Of a stretch of 64,000 nucleotides of DNA, positions 39,301 through 52,097 are shown piece after piece. Source of the stretch: Nymphaea colorata. Lineage: Eukaryota. The stretch spans positions 8,184,001 through 8,248,000 of the forward strand of contig NC_045138.2 of assembly GCF_008831285.2 (NCBI RefSeq), given 5' to 3'. The translations under genes and the position numbers were made by a program. Below the pieces are notes generated by a model. The model was not told the origin of the DNA. It ran no database searches and was given only the letters and a program-made list of their open reading frames with translations. Within the stretch, counting starts at the first letter, position 1; each line of letters begins with the position of its first letter.

Positions 39301-41795
39301 ATATTTAGGAACAAAGTCACCTTCCCTAATCCATGTATAACTACAAAGGATAATTATTTAAAGCATTATTTTGCAATTTAAACTGTATCTTGACTTGCAT
39401 GAAGAATTATTACCTCAGCAGCTGCAGCCATGTCACAAAGTTCCTGGACCGGTACATTAGAGAACCGCATTGTGCTAACGACAAATGGCTTCCCAACAGT
39501 AAGTGTTCCAGTTTTATCAAACACGACAGCCTTCACCTGAAATTCAAACAGTAAGAATGTAGGTAATTCATTTTTTCCAACAAGCACACTTCTCTCTTTC
39601 ATTGTTCTCTTGCCTAGGTGCTCTCATAATTGGCATTGGTCACTAAACATGCAATCCTCAAGTTCTTTTTCAAGAAACAATTTGAGATTTTAAGTAGCTC
39701 TGAATTACTTGCCTTATGTGCATTTTCAAGTGCATTTCCACCTTTGATTAAAACACCCTGAGAAGCTCCTTTCCCAGTGGCAACCATAACAGCAGTTGGA
39801 GTTGCAAGCCCAAGAGCACATGGGCAAGCAACAACCAGTACAGAAATTCCAAATTGTAATGCTAACTCAAACGTATCCATTGCCTTTGGAATCCATCTCT
39901 TTGGGTAAACCCCAGCTTCACCAGGTATGAACCATCCAAGCCAAGTAATTAGTGCTGCCACTACAACCTGGAAAAGGGAAATCGAGAAAGGAAAAACAGA
40001 TCTTAGTCATGCTTATGTTATAGTCTAAAAAAAACCACGGTTATCAGTGGAAAATGACTGTCGGTCATGTTATTCACAATGCCATCTCTTGCTGTTGTAT
40101 CACCAGTTATAACGACAAAGCAAGAACTTTGCACTTTTTCTGAAATGATGTAAATCAAATATGGCTTACTTTCCATCCACGAGTAAAGAATTCTACTTAA
40201 ATCAACTGTAGCCAAGCAAATGGAAGACTGCCTATATATTCTCCACTTTCTTAACTTTAGCACAAGACTTGGGAACATCCTTGATTCTTACCATGGGAAC
40301 AAAGAACCTGGAGATACGGTCTGCCAACTTTTGAACTGGTGCTCTAGCCATCTGAGCTGCCTCTACAAGCTGAACAATCTTGGACAATGCAGTCTCAGAT
40401 CCAACATGAGTAGCTTTAACCAGTAAACACCCGTTCTCATTCATTGTTCCCCCAATAACCTGTTCACAAAACTCTCCGTTCCTGTTAGCACAAGGAAAAA
40501 AAAATGATAAAAAATCAGCTAGGGCGGAGCAACGTAATAAACGACCTTATCTCCAGGCCTCTTAGCAACAGGAGTTGCTTCCCCTGTAATCATGCTCTCA
40601 TTCACATGGCTCTGGCCCCTTATTACAACACCATCAACAGGAACTTTTGCACCAGGAAGGATCTTAATTACATCATTTCTCTGTATCAGCTGGGTACTAA
40701 TCTCCATTTCAGATATCACACTCCCAACTGAATCCAAGTCTAGCAGAAAGGCAGTGTCAGGAGCAAGACCCACAAGCTTGGCTAGAGCATCTGATGTCTT
40801 CCCTTTTGCCACAACCTCCAAATATTTACCCAAAAGAATAAATGATATTAACATGACACTTGTCTCAAAGAAATCCTGCCCTTGAAATGCATCAGAAGTA
40901 GCAGCTTTCATGACTGTATAGACAGAATAAAAGTATGCAGCATTTGTGCCCAACGCTACCAGCACATCCATATTTGCAGAGCCACGTTTCAGTGCATGAT
41001 AGGATCCAATATAAAACCTAAAAGGATAACAGGACAACATAAGACAAAAGAATAGCAGCTACGGACAGAAATTGACCTGATTGGGTGCAAATAATATATC
41101 ATTTGCAAGATTACGTACCATAATGTGTTTCAAAACTACTCCACATTTACAGGCATGATAAAAAAATAAGGATCTCAAACAAAATCGGTGAAAATATGGA
41201 ACATTGAGAACCATTGAGCAGAATACCTAGTCATGTTAAAGAGGTCCTATACTTTTATATATATGGAACAGCAAACTAGAATTATACAGTCATAGCAACA
41301 TGTGGGCACCATCTCAGAAAGAAAGTAACTGACGTAATGCAAATCTTCTTTCTCCAATTTCCAAAAGTATCAATAGTTCACCATTGTTTATATCAAGATA
41401 AACTATATATTTAATTGATGGGGTTCCAACAAAAATATAACCATACATTACACTAAGTATATAGAGTTTAGCAAAGTGCTATTTCCCTCAAAACAGGATG
41501 ATGCCAACAAAGTGAACGCATTCAAATAAAAGTTTGAAAAAGTGAAAACTCAGTCAACCTAGACGTCGTAGCAGTTCATGATTCTATATGGAGAAGAAGC
41601 AGTCTCTGAAGGAAACTACACCCATCTGACGAAAAGATAAACATACTGTGAGCAGGAGATACTATTTATTGCGAGGATCATTAAAGTCCTTTTTACCAAG
41701 AAAATAGAAATCAGAAAAAGTAAACTTCATCCTTCATTAAAAGCATGGCAGGTAATACCAACAGAAACTTGAAAGTCAAACCCAGTAACTGCATG

Positions 41796-41826
<31 letters not shown>

Positions 41827-42969
41827 GCAAGAGTACCGTCTACCAATAATGAACTGAACTGGGGTACAGAGGATCCACCTCAGTACCATTCCAAGGGTAA
41901 GCATGTTATAAATCCTGGAGTTCAACCAGTCTCCAAAAGGATGAAGCATTGGAAAAACCATGGAGAACATAACAACTGGAATAGAAAACATCCAGCTCCA
42001 AAGAAACTGGTTCCTGTAAATTCGTGTCTCATCCAGACGTGCATTTTCTCTGTGTCTTGGAGGAGCACACAAGCTTGCTTTATAGAAGTGTGATCCGTGG
42101 CCAGCTCCTTGAATGCACTCAATTAGTGACCTAGGGCCAGTCAGATCCGGATCATATATAATGGTGACTCTGCTTCCTGGCAAGTCCAATTCCACATGGC
42201 TTACGCCCGATGTCGACTCAAGTGCAGCCTGAATATATCTGCCTTCTGTCTCAGAACTGAGTCCTTCAATTTTAAGATGCACTTTGTTCATCTCATCCCC
42301 AGAGCTTATGATATCCGCTTCAAAACCTGCGGAGTCAACAGCTTGCATTAGCTGTTCAGGATTGGTCACACTGGGATCAAAATGGATTCTTGCTTCCTCA
42401 ATAGCTAGGCCAACAACAGCTTTTTTTACTCCATCAACCATCATAAGGGATCGCTCTATAGACTCAGAGCAGCTGGTACAAGCCATCCCTATGATTCTGA
42501 GTCGACATACTGCTATATCTTGTAAATCCAACATCTCCACCTGGAATCCTGAATCTTCTATAGCTTCTTTTATTTCTTTGACCTGTTAGATATTAAAAAG
42601 TTGTCATTACTTGGAGTGCATCCCATGAAGTCTAACAATTCATGGCTTCAATCTTAATGGAGAAGCAAGAAAATGTAATCATTAGTGAAATTAAAGCTAA
42701 CAAAACTGACTCACATTAATAATCTCAGGTGTGTATCTGACAAGAACCTGGCCTTGAAGGATCGACACTGCAACATTAATAATACCTGGAAGATTTCTCA
42801 CTGAAGACTCAATGGATGAAGCACAAGTGGCACATTCAATGCCTCGAATTTTAAACACGGCATTTTTTATAATACCACTTTTCTTTGGTGATGCCTCAGG
42901 CAAGGGAACTACCACAGTGTCAGAAGAAGGTAGAAGAGGTTTGTGGAGATTTTTGTCTTCTAGGTCCAT
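36314..42969 (-). CDS. HMA4: P1B-1 copper-transporting ATPase, OsHMA4/HMA5-like; exons 42969-42715, 42582-41837, 41017-40546, 40459-40292, 39967-39713, 39536-39414, 38619-38134, 36736-36314; 975 aa
   Basis: Metal-binding motifs GIECATC and [40 protein letters not shown] and MAASS. Exon phases are all consistent (2928 nt). Intron 5 has a GC donor. Confidence 0.95.
37410..37861. mobile_element. hAT-like MITE in the last HMA intron
   Basis: TIRs CTAGGTCACATGG ... CCATGTGACATAG. Flanking 8-mers GTTTCGAT / GTTTGGAC match 6/8, consistent with a decayed 8-bp TSD. Confidence 0.7.
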
Positions 42970-43192
42970 CCCCTTTCTCCAGAGCTGCAAATCAATCTGC
43001 TTTAAAACATTTTAAGTTTGAATCAGTAAATGCAAATCTAAGACCTAATCGTCACATATTTCACAATGACTTTTTGATAAAATATCCCTTTCTTCAAATC
43101 ATATATGTAATTTACAAACAACATAGAAACAAGAGCCACAAAATTTAGTAGAGAAGAGAACATTATGCAAAACTCATGCCAAATGCTTTCAA

Positions 43193-45430
43193 CTATGTGA
43201 CATGGACACTTCTGAAAGGTTGACGCACCCATGTCAACAGGCCTGAACATGGGCGCAGACATGGATGCAGGTCAGCACAAGGCCTAGAGAAGGATTTTCA
43301 GCATATCAGAGGCTGTATCCAACCATTTTCAGACTCCTGTACATCCGAGAGGTGTCTGCATCTCCAAAGAACCTGTTTCCTTCAACAGCATATATTTTCT
43401 TTTCTCCTGAAAACCCTCCTATCTCCAGTGGTTCTTTTCTGCCCTTCAGCAACAGATACTCCATTACTCTATCCGTCCATCCTGCTCTTTGCTGTCTCCC
43501 TCTGTTCTCAGCCTATATAAATTTTTTTTTTTGGCATGCAATGGTATGATTGTGTTATCAATTTAATTATATGATATGCATGCATGATCAAGTTTTGCTC
43601 AGAAATGTAATGCTATGGTACACATTCTTAATTTACTTTTCATATGAACTTATCAGTCTAAGTCTCTGATTGTGAATTTTCTAACGTTCTTACTGTCTGC
43701 TAATTCTTTTTTTATGATACAAAAAAGTTTGATTTCTGCAGCCTTTAATGTGTTTCTTTTTTTTTTTTGTGTATTCTCTTTAATATGTCTTTTCAGCTTC
43801 ATTTACATGCTAAATAAATTGGACGCATGTCAATGCCAGTAACTGATCTGTTTTGGACCTTTTGTTTGTTTCTGGATATCGCAATATATATGTAATATGT
43901 GTATATTTTTGCCGCCATGCTACCTTCATGTTCTTGCTTCTAAATATTGAAATCTTCTTGTATTTCTCACTGGACCTTTAAAATTTCTCTGAATAAGCTA
44001 TAGCAAGGTTTAGCATATGTGACTGGTAGTGCAGTTTTACTACCTAACTTGTTTTATGAAACTTCGTCTGTTTCTTACTTTTCCTAGAAATTTCATTCCT
44101 TTGAACCTATATCAAGATATTTCATTAATTTTTTTGGTTTTATTATATTCAGTATGTAAGGTTTCTCATAACTTATATCAACTTCGTTGTCTTCTCCTTT
44201 TATATATGCAACTATAGGAGAACTGCAATATTTTAGTAATTTTGTTTCATTTTTTATGTACTTTCTTTATTATTTCTTTCTTTATGTAGCTTCTTTGAGC
44301 CTTCCATGCAATTGTAAGTTTTTACTTTTCACTTTTCAAATATAATGGCTGATCAATGGAAGGCAGTTGCAAGCTCTCATATAGCATAATAGCAAGCTCC
44401 AGTGGCAATGTCAATACTATTGCTGCAACTGAAATAGGTTCTTCTCAGCCACTTTGGAGTATGTCACATAAGGAGAAAAAGCTAATAATGATGTCAACAG
44501 TTTGTTTTCCTTTGCAATTTATGTCATTGATAGTTTACTGGTTCCTGCACGTCTTATATAACATCTCTTGCAAATACATGGCTATGGAATTAGGGGATGC
44601 AAAGCAGTTGATAAAGACATGTTGATTTGAAAAAAGAACAAGGGGCTGCTGATTTGAAAAACCGTTCTGTAAAATCAATTGAACTATCTTTTTTTTTTTA
44701 ATATTTCCTGAGAAAGTAGAGGTACTACGAAAAAAAAAAGATGAATTGCAAATAAAACAATAAAATGAGCATTCAAAAGTATGGGGACAGCAAAGATGGA
44801 AGAAGGATTGACAGGTTCCCTTTTGCACGTTTACTTTCTTTCAATGTGCCAGAGGTCCTTGTTGGGAAAATGTAGTTACAGTTTGGCTAAGAGCAATTTA
44901 GCTGGTTATATGCCCCTAGCTTAGAGAAATTGAAAACTTTAATCCTTGCAAAAGAGAAAGCAAACATCAAATTTACTAGAGAAAAAAATTCCTTGAAACA
45001 ATCTGGAGTATCTTTCATTTTTTATGGCAGGCCCTCAGGTCCTTCTTTATCAAATTCTGTAAGGCTATCACTACTGAATGAGAATGATGATGTGATGACA
45101 TTGAGGATGAGAATGATCTTAATATATGAAGGCATTAACGTAGCTAAGATTATCAATGGAGACAATGATGATGAAGCTGTTATGGAAAGTGAAGGCACTA
45201 TTAGATGTAATGATGGAGCTGTTACAGAAAAAAAAGTTGTAATTATCTACTCCTAAAATGAAGGAGTAGATTTAGCTTCCTCCTCGATTAAATAAGGATG
45301 TTATTTATATTTTATACTATGGATTCAAGGTCCATAAAGGCCTTTCCGTGGGTAAAGAAATATCTCCACGTTAAACTCTTCGTGTTCTTTGATATATGTT
45401 CTTCTATGCTACCGCATAGCATCTCCAACC
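43193..45430 (+). mobile_element. Possible larger relic of the same hAT-like family just upstream of the HMA start codon
   Basis: Begins CTATGTGACATGGACACTTC, compared with CTAGGTCACATGGACTCTTC at 37410, and has similar ATGCAGGT subterminal motifs. The right end is uncertain. Confidence 0.4.
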
Positions 45431-46418
45431 AACTGAGGAGGACAGGGGAACATGAGCAAGGCCTAAAATGATCATAAGATGTATAGATCATTCAACTTTC
45501 TTATCGACATCATTTGCATGGATATGAAGGATCTAGACAACAAGACGTGCAGAAGTGTTCTTATTCTCGAGAAAATCTCGAGTTGAAAAAAATACCTTCT
45601 CTTAAAGACGCACGCATGTAAACGAATTCTTATCGTGATAAAAAAACATAGTATTTTCAAAGTAATCAAAATTTTAGTAAATGACGCCCTTCTTGCATTA
45701 TGTCACATGTTGAAAAAAGCGATAGCAATCAAACATGTGACCTCATAACCCTGTTTCTAATATCCGAAAAACAGTAAAGATAACAAACAGGCACATACCC
45801 AACATCTCAAGTTCCCTTGGAGATAAAAAGAAACATCAAAAGTAGAACATACCAAAAAGAGAAACCCCAAAAACATGCACAACCAAATACCACGACTTCT
45901 GTTACCGAATTCAATTACGAAGTTTCTCAGACATTTCAAGAAGTCCATCGTGAGTCAATGATATTCACACACTCTGATTTCTCGTCTTTATTTTTTGGGT
46001 CAGACTCGAGGCAAGTCGTAACATGAATTAACCAAAAACAAACCCTTCGATTGCACAGCATCCCCAAACGGATTACAATAACAAACAGAAATAATCTTTA
46101 ACCCGCCGCTCGCGTGAAAAACGTTAGCCTGGAAAAAGTTTTAGGCCATCAGACGTCCACATGGACTCTGGAATTCAAGGTAGAAACCGAGATTCCTCAT
46201 TTCTCACGCAGAACAATCCTTCCACCCCGAAGGAAGTCGAAATCGACCAAAAGTCGCAACGGATAAAGAATAACAAAAAGGAAAAGGAAAAAAAGAAACG
46301 ACAGATGAAGTCCAATAGCAAAAGAAATCAAACTGAACGTAGCAAAAGAAAGAAAGAATGGCTCCAGGAAGGAGAGCTCCGAAACAAGAAGAGTGGACGA
46401 AGGGCCCAAGAACGCTAC

Positions 46419-46530
46419 CTGGCTCGAGCGACTTGACACGTGACGGCCGAGATGGTCTATGCGCTTTCTGTGGCGAAGAGAGAGAGAGGGCGGGTGGGAA
46501 GACAAGTCGGGGCACCGAAGAAAAGCTGCA
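46419..46530 (-). other. Putative 5'UTR exon of the HMA gene
   Basis: CT-rich, CpG-rich leader ending CAG|GTAGCG at 46419. A matching TTTGCAG acceptor at 42985 lies 15 nt before the ATG. Confidence 0.45.
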
Positions 46531-49056
46531 GGAATCCGTCAGAAAGATAATCTTCCCGACTCAACGAACGGATTAGAAAGAGAAGGAGAAAGAGAAATAA
46601 GGCGCGTAAGGTGTCGTTTTGATTTTTCCGGGAAAGGCAATCCCTTGGCGTGGAAGTTTTCAATCTTTTTTGAATTTTCAAATTTGCTAACGTACCACTT
46701 TTGGTTTTTCCCGGCGGCGTGGTGGAAGGGGAGTAAGCAAACACAGCTTCACCGTCTTCTGGTCCAGAAAGCTCCACCACCACCCAGGGAGAGGGACCCA
46801 GTGCTGTCCCCCACTTGCAGACTTTTCTACTGCTGTACCGCCTGTATCCCACTTAATGATGCCTTTGGTTTAGGTCTAATTTCAGATCAGATTCAAAGTT
46901 CTTTCAATCACACATTTGAAAAACAACATGGTTGATGAGCCTAGGGTCCTTTTTTGTTTCTTCGCTGGCCTTTGGCAACAGTAACGGTTTGTTATTGTTC
47001 AGTTCATGAAACATTATGTTTCATGAATTTGCCCTAATTTATGAAATAACAGCAAACTGTTCTCATTGTCAAACAACCTTTAAAGCATAATATCATAATG
47101 TACTAAGACTTTTAGAGGAAAACTGAACATGTAATCGTGGTCTATGTTATAATCTCTTCCACCATATAAACTTCTATAGAACCAACGCTATGTGCCTTAA
47201 TAACCAACTAAAACCACAATATGTCTTCATCACATTTGCAGCAAAAGAGACAAAACATAAAGTTAACAATCATAATGCAAAGAAAAGGAAGAAGTGGAGT
47301 GTCAAAAAAAGTGAAAAAGGATGACATGGACTTTTGGAGCTCTCACAAAGTTGTGCCATATTATCTATACAAATATGTGATCTTCTTGGTTATTTGAAGG
47401 CTACCCAACCAAGAGGCAACTGCAGACCACTTAGCAAAGCATCAGGTTATTCCCCCCTGGCCTGCTGCAATAGCTCGTGCCACTACCACGTGCCAGTGCT
47501 AAAGCAGACAAAGACAGGAAGCAAAAGGTGCTTCATTTCAGATATGCATTCCTTTTATCCTCTTTTTCCCTGCCCCAGCACAAGATGATGTCAATTCAAG
47601 CATTGGGTACACCAGCATAAATTGTGGGGACAGTCAAGCCTACCTAACATTGGTGGTAACTTTCATTTATATTTTTCCTATTATCTTAGGCTTTCATTCA
47701 TTTGTTTTTTACTTTTCTAAATCAGGTTTTGAAGTAAAATATTAGTAATTTTAATTGATTTGAAGACATGACAAAGTAGCTTCTAACTTTGTAGTATATG
47801 AGCATCCGCTCCTTTCTTTTTTTATAGAATTTCCAATTACAGTACACACATCGATGGCATAGCAAAAGGAACTTATGAAAGGCTGACACATAATGGATGT
47901 ATAAAAATGATCTTCACGCATGATGCGTATCAGGCCCTTATCCTCAAAGTTCCTTTGAACTCTTCTAATTTAAGATAAAGCTTCTTCATGCCATGCCCTC
48001 CTCATTCTCATGTCTACCAATTATAGCAAGCTGTTTAGGTGAATGACTATGGCAAGGGGAACAAATTATAAATCATAATTTGAAAGAGCTTGAGTCTTAG
48101 AGTGCTTTTCATGACAAATTCCAGTGTAGATCCATATATTTTGAATCATTCTTGTTCACATTGTGCCTTCAATGCATCATTTGCCATCTATGCATGCAAA
48201 ACTGAAAGCTTGTCAAAAGTTTATAAGACATATGTCATGATAAACCATCATAAAGGAGTTTGAAAAACTGTTGCCTAGTATCATTCCTTTTGTTATGAAC
48301 TTAGAACATATTTCAAAATTGTTGCCTTAGTAGCTTAGAAGGATAAGGCATGAGAAAGGGCAGTTAAATTATACTCGTGCGAGATGACAATTGGTGCTTT
48401 GCTATCAACATGCCCCATAGTTGTTCATTTTCTATATTATCATGTGTCCCTTTCTATCACTTATCTTAATTTATTGATATTTCCTTGTGTCATCATTTGA
48501 GAGTAAAAACTGCATCTTCAAGGAGAGAGTTGAATCCAAAGTGTTCATTACCTTTATTGGAAAATCCCCTTTCACCTTAGCTGCCAAGGAACCCACCCGC
48601 ATAGTGCTCTTGCGACCAGATGGTCATTGACTCCCCACCACAGTCCATTGATGAGAAAAGGTTACAGACTGAAATCTGTTTTATTGGGAGAACACCATGG
48701 ATTATCGTTCTAGAGGAGACTTTGATTGGACAAGCCTTATCATCAGATAGTTATATGTTGTTTTATCCATGATTCGCATAGAAGAATCATGCAGTATTCT
48801 TACATAATGAATGGCCTGAAAAAGCTATGGACAGTGGTTTTTTTTAAAAAAAAAACTTAGATTCTCATTTTTAGGCACAGTTTATTTCCTTATGTGAGTT
48901 GATAGCGAGGAAAAGCTGAAATGTGTAACTTGGTGAGGTGAATGGAGGCTAGGTGACAACCTCCTTGCTGGCTGGCTCTGGTTGGAGGCTTGGAGATTGC
49001 CTACTCAAAGAAGACAACCATTGGGTTTCTATTTGGTTACATTTACCTTGCCTCTC

Positions 49057-51914
49057 TATAATCACCCCAAATTTTTTCAAAAAGAATCTTCTTTTTTATT
49101 AAAAACACAAAACCCAATTTTTGGATCTAAATTGGTCCAAAGCCACAATTCAAATCCAAATTAGGTCCAAAAACCCAAGTTCAAATCCAAATCAAGCATT
49201 TGAGACCCATTTGCCATTCCTTTTAACAAAAATGACTCCTTTTAGAGGGTGATTTTTGTCTTTTTGGTAAACAAGACCCATTTGTCCCCTCCTTTTTTAC
49301 AACGAACCTCCTTTTATAGGGTAATTTTAGTCTTTTTTGGTAAACAAGACCCATTCGCCCCTCTTTTTTTACAAAGAACCTCATTTTAGAAGGTAATTTT
49401 GGTCTTTTTGATAAAAAGTCTCATTTACCCCTTCTTTTTTACAAAGAACCTTCTTTTACAAGGTAATTTTGGTCTTTTTGGTAAACAAGACTCATTTGCC
49501 CCTCTTTTTTTTATGAAGAACCTCCTTTTAGAGGGTAATTTTGGTTTTTTTGGTAAACAAGACCCATTTGTTCATTCTTTTTGACAAAGAACCTCCTTTT
49601 AAAGGGCGATTTTGGTCTTTTACAAAAAAAATTCAAATTTTGGGTTATGGCTCCAAAACCCTTTATAAATACCCCCACTTCCCCCTCTTGAGTAAGATTG
49701 GTCTTTGGGAGAAACTCTAGTGTATTCTCACTTGAAAACTTAGAGTTTCTCTTGAGCTCTCTATCTCTCCTTCCTTCTCTTTCCATTTCTCTCAAACTTG
49801 GAGCAAGCCATAACCCTCTTGGAGGCATCATCTTGGAGATTCACTCAAGGGGATCTTTAAGCTAAGGTGTTCATTTTCTCTAAGTCTTTCTCATTTAGAG
49901 GTATGTACACTCTATTCTTTATTTTTTTTCTTCACTTCTTCATCTTCCCATGGTCATATGAGATAGCTCTCACTCTCTATTTTATAGTCAAGAGGCTATA
50001 CTCGAGAGCACCAGGAGCATGAGAAGATAAGATAATCTTTCATTCTATAATTAAATCATGTTATTCATTTTCTCAAATATAATCTTCTTGTTGTTGCTCT
50101 TTCCTTTCTTGAATATAGACTTCTTTTGTTTCCTCATTTTCTTCTCATCTTCCTCTCCCCATGGCCAAAGGAGATAGCACTCAATCTCTTTTTTTTAGAG
50201 AAGTGGCTATACTCAAGTGCACCGGGAGCATGAAAAGATGAGATGATCTTTCATTTCATAGTTACTTCATGCCCTCCCTCCTAGTTGAATCTTTCTTTTT
50301 CCATCTCTCTCTCTCTATCTCTCTCTCTCTCTCTCTTTCCTTCCTTGAATATTGTCTATATATTATCCATGTATAGTTGTTTGGTTTTTCATTTATATGT
50401 AAATGTATGGTGGAAATGAGAGTGTGGTTTGGGGATTCTTTATCTTCATATTGATTTTTGAGGTTGGGACTTGTCCAACCTGGAGAAACCCTCACAAATA
50501 TGTACATGTTAATATGCATTTGCATGGCATTTCGCGTTAGTTTCCTTTTAATCATCCCATTAGAAACCCTAATGAGTATCTTATTGTATGATTTGTTTTC
50601 TTCTATACCCAACGGTGGAAGAAATATATCCCTTGTGGCAAACTAAATCATAACATTCTATGTTTTTATATAAATCATATTTTCCAAAACATTTTCAAAA
50701 GAAATCTCTCTAATGCAGCCTTGGATACTTACCTTAGGCTCTTGCATGAGTCCAAGCTCCCTTCCGGCCTATATCAAAATTTGAAATCGGCCATTTTCAA
50801 ATCATTCCTTTATTTTCATATTCATGAAAACGTATGCGTATATACACGTCATATACGTATACATGCACATGAATATCTTTCTTTGTTGTTTCTCTTTCTA
50901 TGATTTAACATACTTTTATAAACTCTCGTATACATATATATAAATATATACATATGTACGTGTATTCCATTTTAAAATTTCTCTTCTTCTTTTTAAAATG
51001 ATCTTCTCTTCTCTACTTGATATAAATATCATTTTCATAAGCTTTCATATATGTATACAAATACATATCTTTCTTTTTCAAAACATGTGACTTTATGATT
51101 TTGAAGATCTTTTTCTTTTCCTATATCCCTCTTTTGGGATGTAGTCCTTTATCTTTTCTATTCTTTCAATATCTTACCATTTAAGATTTTAATTTTTCAT
51201 TTGCCGACTTCATCAAGACCACAAACCACCCAATATTGGATTCATGTTTGATGGTCTACAATCACAATTCATTTTCAAAAACTTTTTCTTCATATATATG
51301 ATATTTACAAAAACAAAAATCTTACATGTATGTTATGGTAGAAATGCATCTAGATGAATGTTATGGTATGAATGAATGATTTTCTCTTACAATCATATAA
51401 GATCAATGCATCCATTCATTTTCACTCACTCAATATCACAAATGAGCACAAACACATCTCTAAAAGAATTTAAGCAAGATGAGATGGAGCTCTAACTAGG
51501 TGGTAACCGAATTAGAGCAAAATCTCAAGCCTATTTAAAGTCTTAAGAGAACACTAAAATTACTTCAAAATGATTCCCCAAGCTTTTCAAATGATATTTA
51601 AAAGATTTCCCAACTCTAGTTTTCATTAAAATGTTTCACATTCTCAAGCAACTCTTCAAGAACCTTTTCAAAAGTTTGAAACATCAAACTTTCAATATTT
51701 TTCTACACCGCATATAAAATCAAAGAGATATTCAAGTTAAAACGAAATGCATCAATAATAAACATATCCCTTGGGTTGATTACCCTTGGTAAAGGCGCCG
51801 GGAACGGTCGACCCTCATACCGACGGGCGAATCCCTTTCTTTCCTATTTCAAAACAAAAACTCATTTTTCTGGAGCACTCCAAAAGCAAACCAAAAATTT
51901 TGGGGATGCAAACA
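49057..51914 (+). mobile_element. Solo LTR ~2.86 kb (gypsy-type, possibly Tat/Ogre), copy 2
   Basis: 5' end TATAATCACCCCAAATTTT (TG decayed to TA) is roughly inverted to the 3' end AAAATTTTGGGGATGCAAACA. Flanks CTCTC / CTCCC match 4/5 as a TSD. A TATAAATA box lies at ~49664. Homologous to 1-2515. Confidence 0.75.
49204..49622. repeat. ~71-bp tandem repeat, about 6 copies, inside the LTR U3
   Basis: Unit GACCCATTTGCCCCTCTTTTTTACAAAGAACCTCCTTTTAGAGGGTAATTTTGGTCTTTTTGGTAAACAA starts at 49204, 49275, 49348, 49418, 49489 and 49561. Confidence 0.92.
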
Positions 51915-52097
51915 CTCCCACTACCCCTGTCAAACAGAAACATATACAAGGATATTATAGAGGCATTATGAGGTGTTTTCCTTCAAGCACTCCAAAAGCA
52001 AAACAAAAATTTTGGGGATGCAAACACTCCCACTACCCCTGTCAAACAGAAACATATACAAGGATATTATAGAGGCATTATGAGGTGTTTTCCTTCA
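51874..52097. repeat. 112-bp near-perfect tandem duplication across the LTR 3' junction
   Basis: 51874-51985 matches 51986-52097. Confidence 0.95.

Noticed and set aside
49204..49622. CRISPR-like regular repeats (also considered for 62235-62652)
   Set aside because: Whole units are repeated without unique spacers, there are no cas genes, and the context is eukaryotic.
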